A DNA stretch of 64,000 nt from Octopus bimaculoides (Eukaryota). Location: contig NC_068988.1 in NCBI RefSeq assembly GCF_001194135.2, positions 71,062,182 to 71,126,181 on the forward strand, in the 5' to 3' direction. This document shows, in pieces, positions 63,926 to 64,000 of the stretch. Below the pieces are notes generated by a model that saw only the letters and a list, made by a program, of their open reading frames with translations, did not search any database and was not told the DNA's origin. Position numbers and translations under genes: made by a program. Position 1 is the first letter of the stretch, and each line of letters begins with the position of its first letter.

Positions 63926-64000
63926 GTTTCTTTATTAGCCACACAGGGCTCAACACAGAGGGGACAAAATACAAATGTAGAGTTTTTCTTTTCGAGGGGG

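Overview
This is a eukaryotic, AT-rich, repeat-saturated window with about 6 kb of N gaps. The SINE families, microsatellite load and LINE/DNA-transposon mix point to an octopus genome (inference from recalled repeat sequences, not verified by search). I found no host protein-coding gene, rRNA, true tRNA gene or CRISPR array, and nearly all long ORFs in the track are artefacts of microsatellites or N gaps. The window is built from mobile-element relics: at least four tRNA-derived SINE families; Tx1/L1, RTE, CR1/L2-like, R4/Dong and Penelope (GIY-YIG) retroelement fragments; Tc1, mariner and Chapaev3 DNA transposons; several MITEs; and a probable solo LTR. The most interesting observations are: (1) a 756-bp ORF-less element with inverted ends carrying a type I hammerhead-ribozyme fold (16316-17071); (2) a second compact hammerhead-like fold at 39220-39267; (3) an internally deleted Tx1 element with both ends and a 15-bp TSD, inserted between the A and B boxes of a SINE head (3829-5480); (4) a foldback element with TTAGGG/CCCTAA repeats at its centre, sitting on a Penelope stop codon (39684-40295); and (5) stacked R4/Dong-type insertions at a (TAA)n tract with a 25-bp tandem array (50585-52680). 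Boundaries of degraded elements are approximate and were read by eye.
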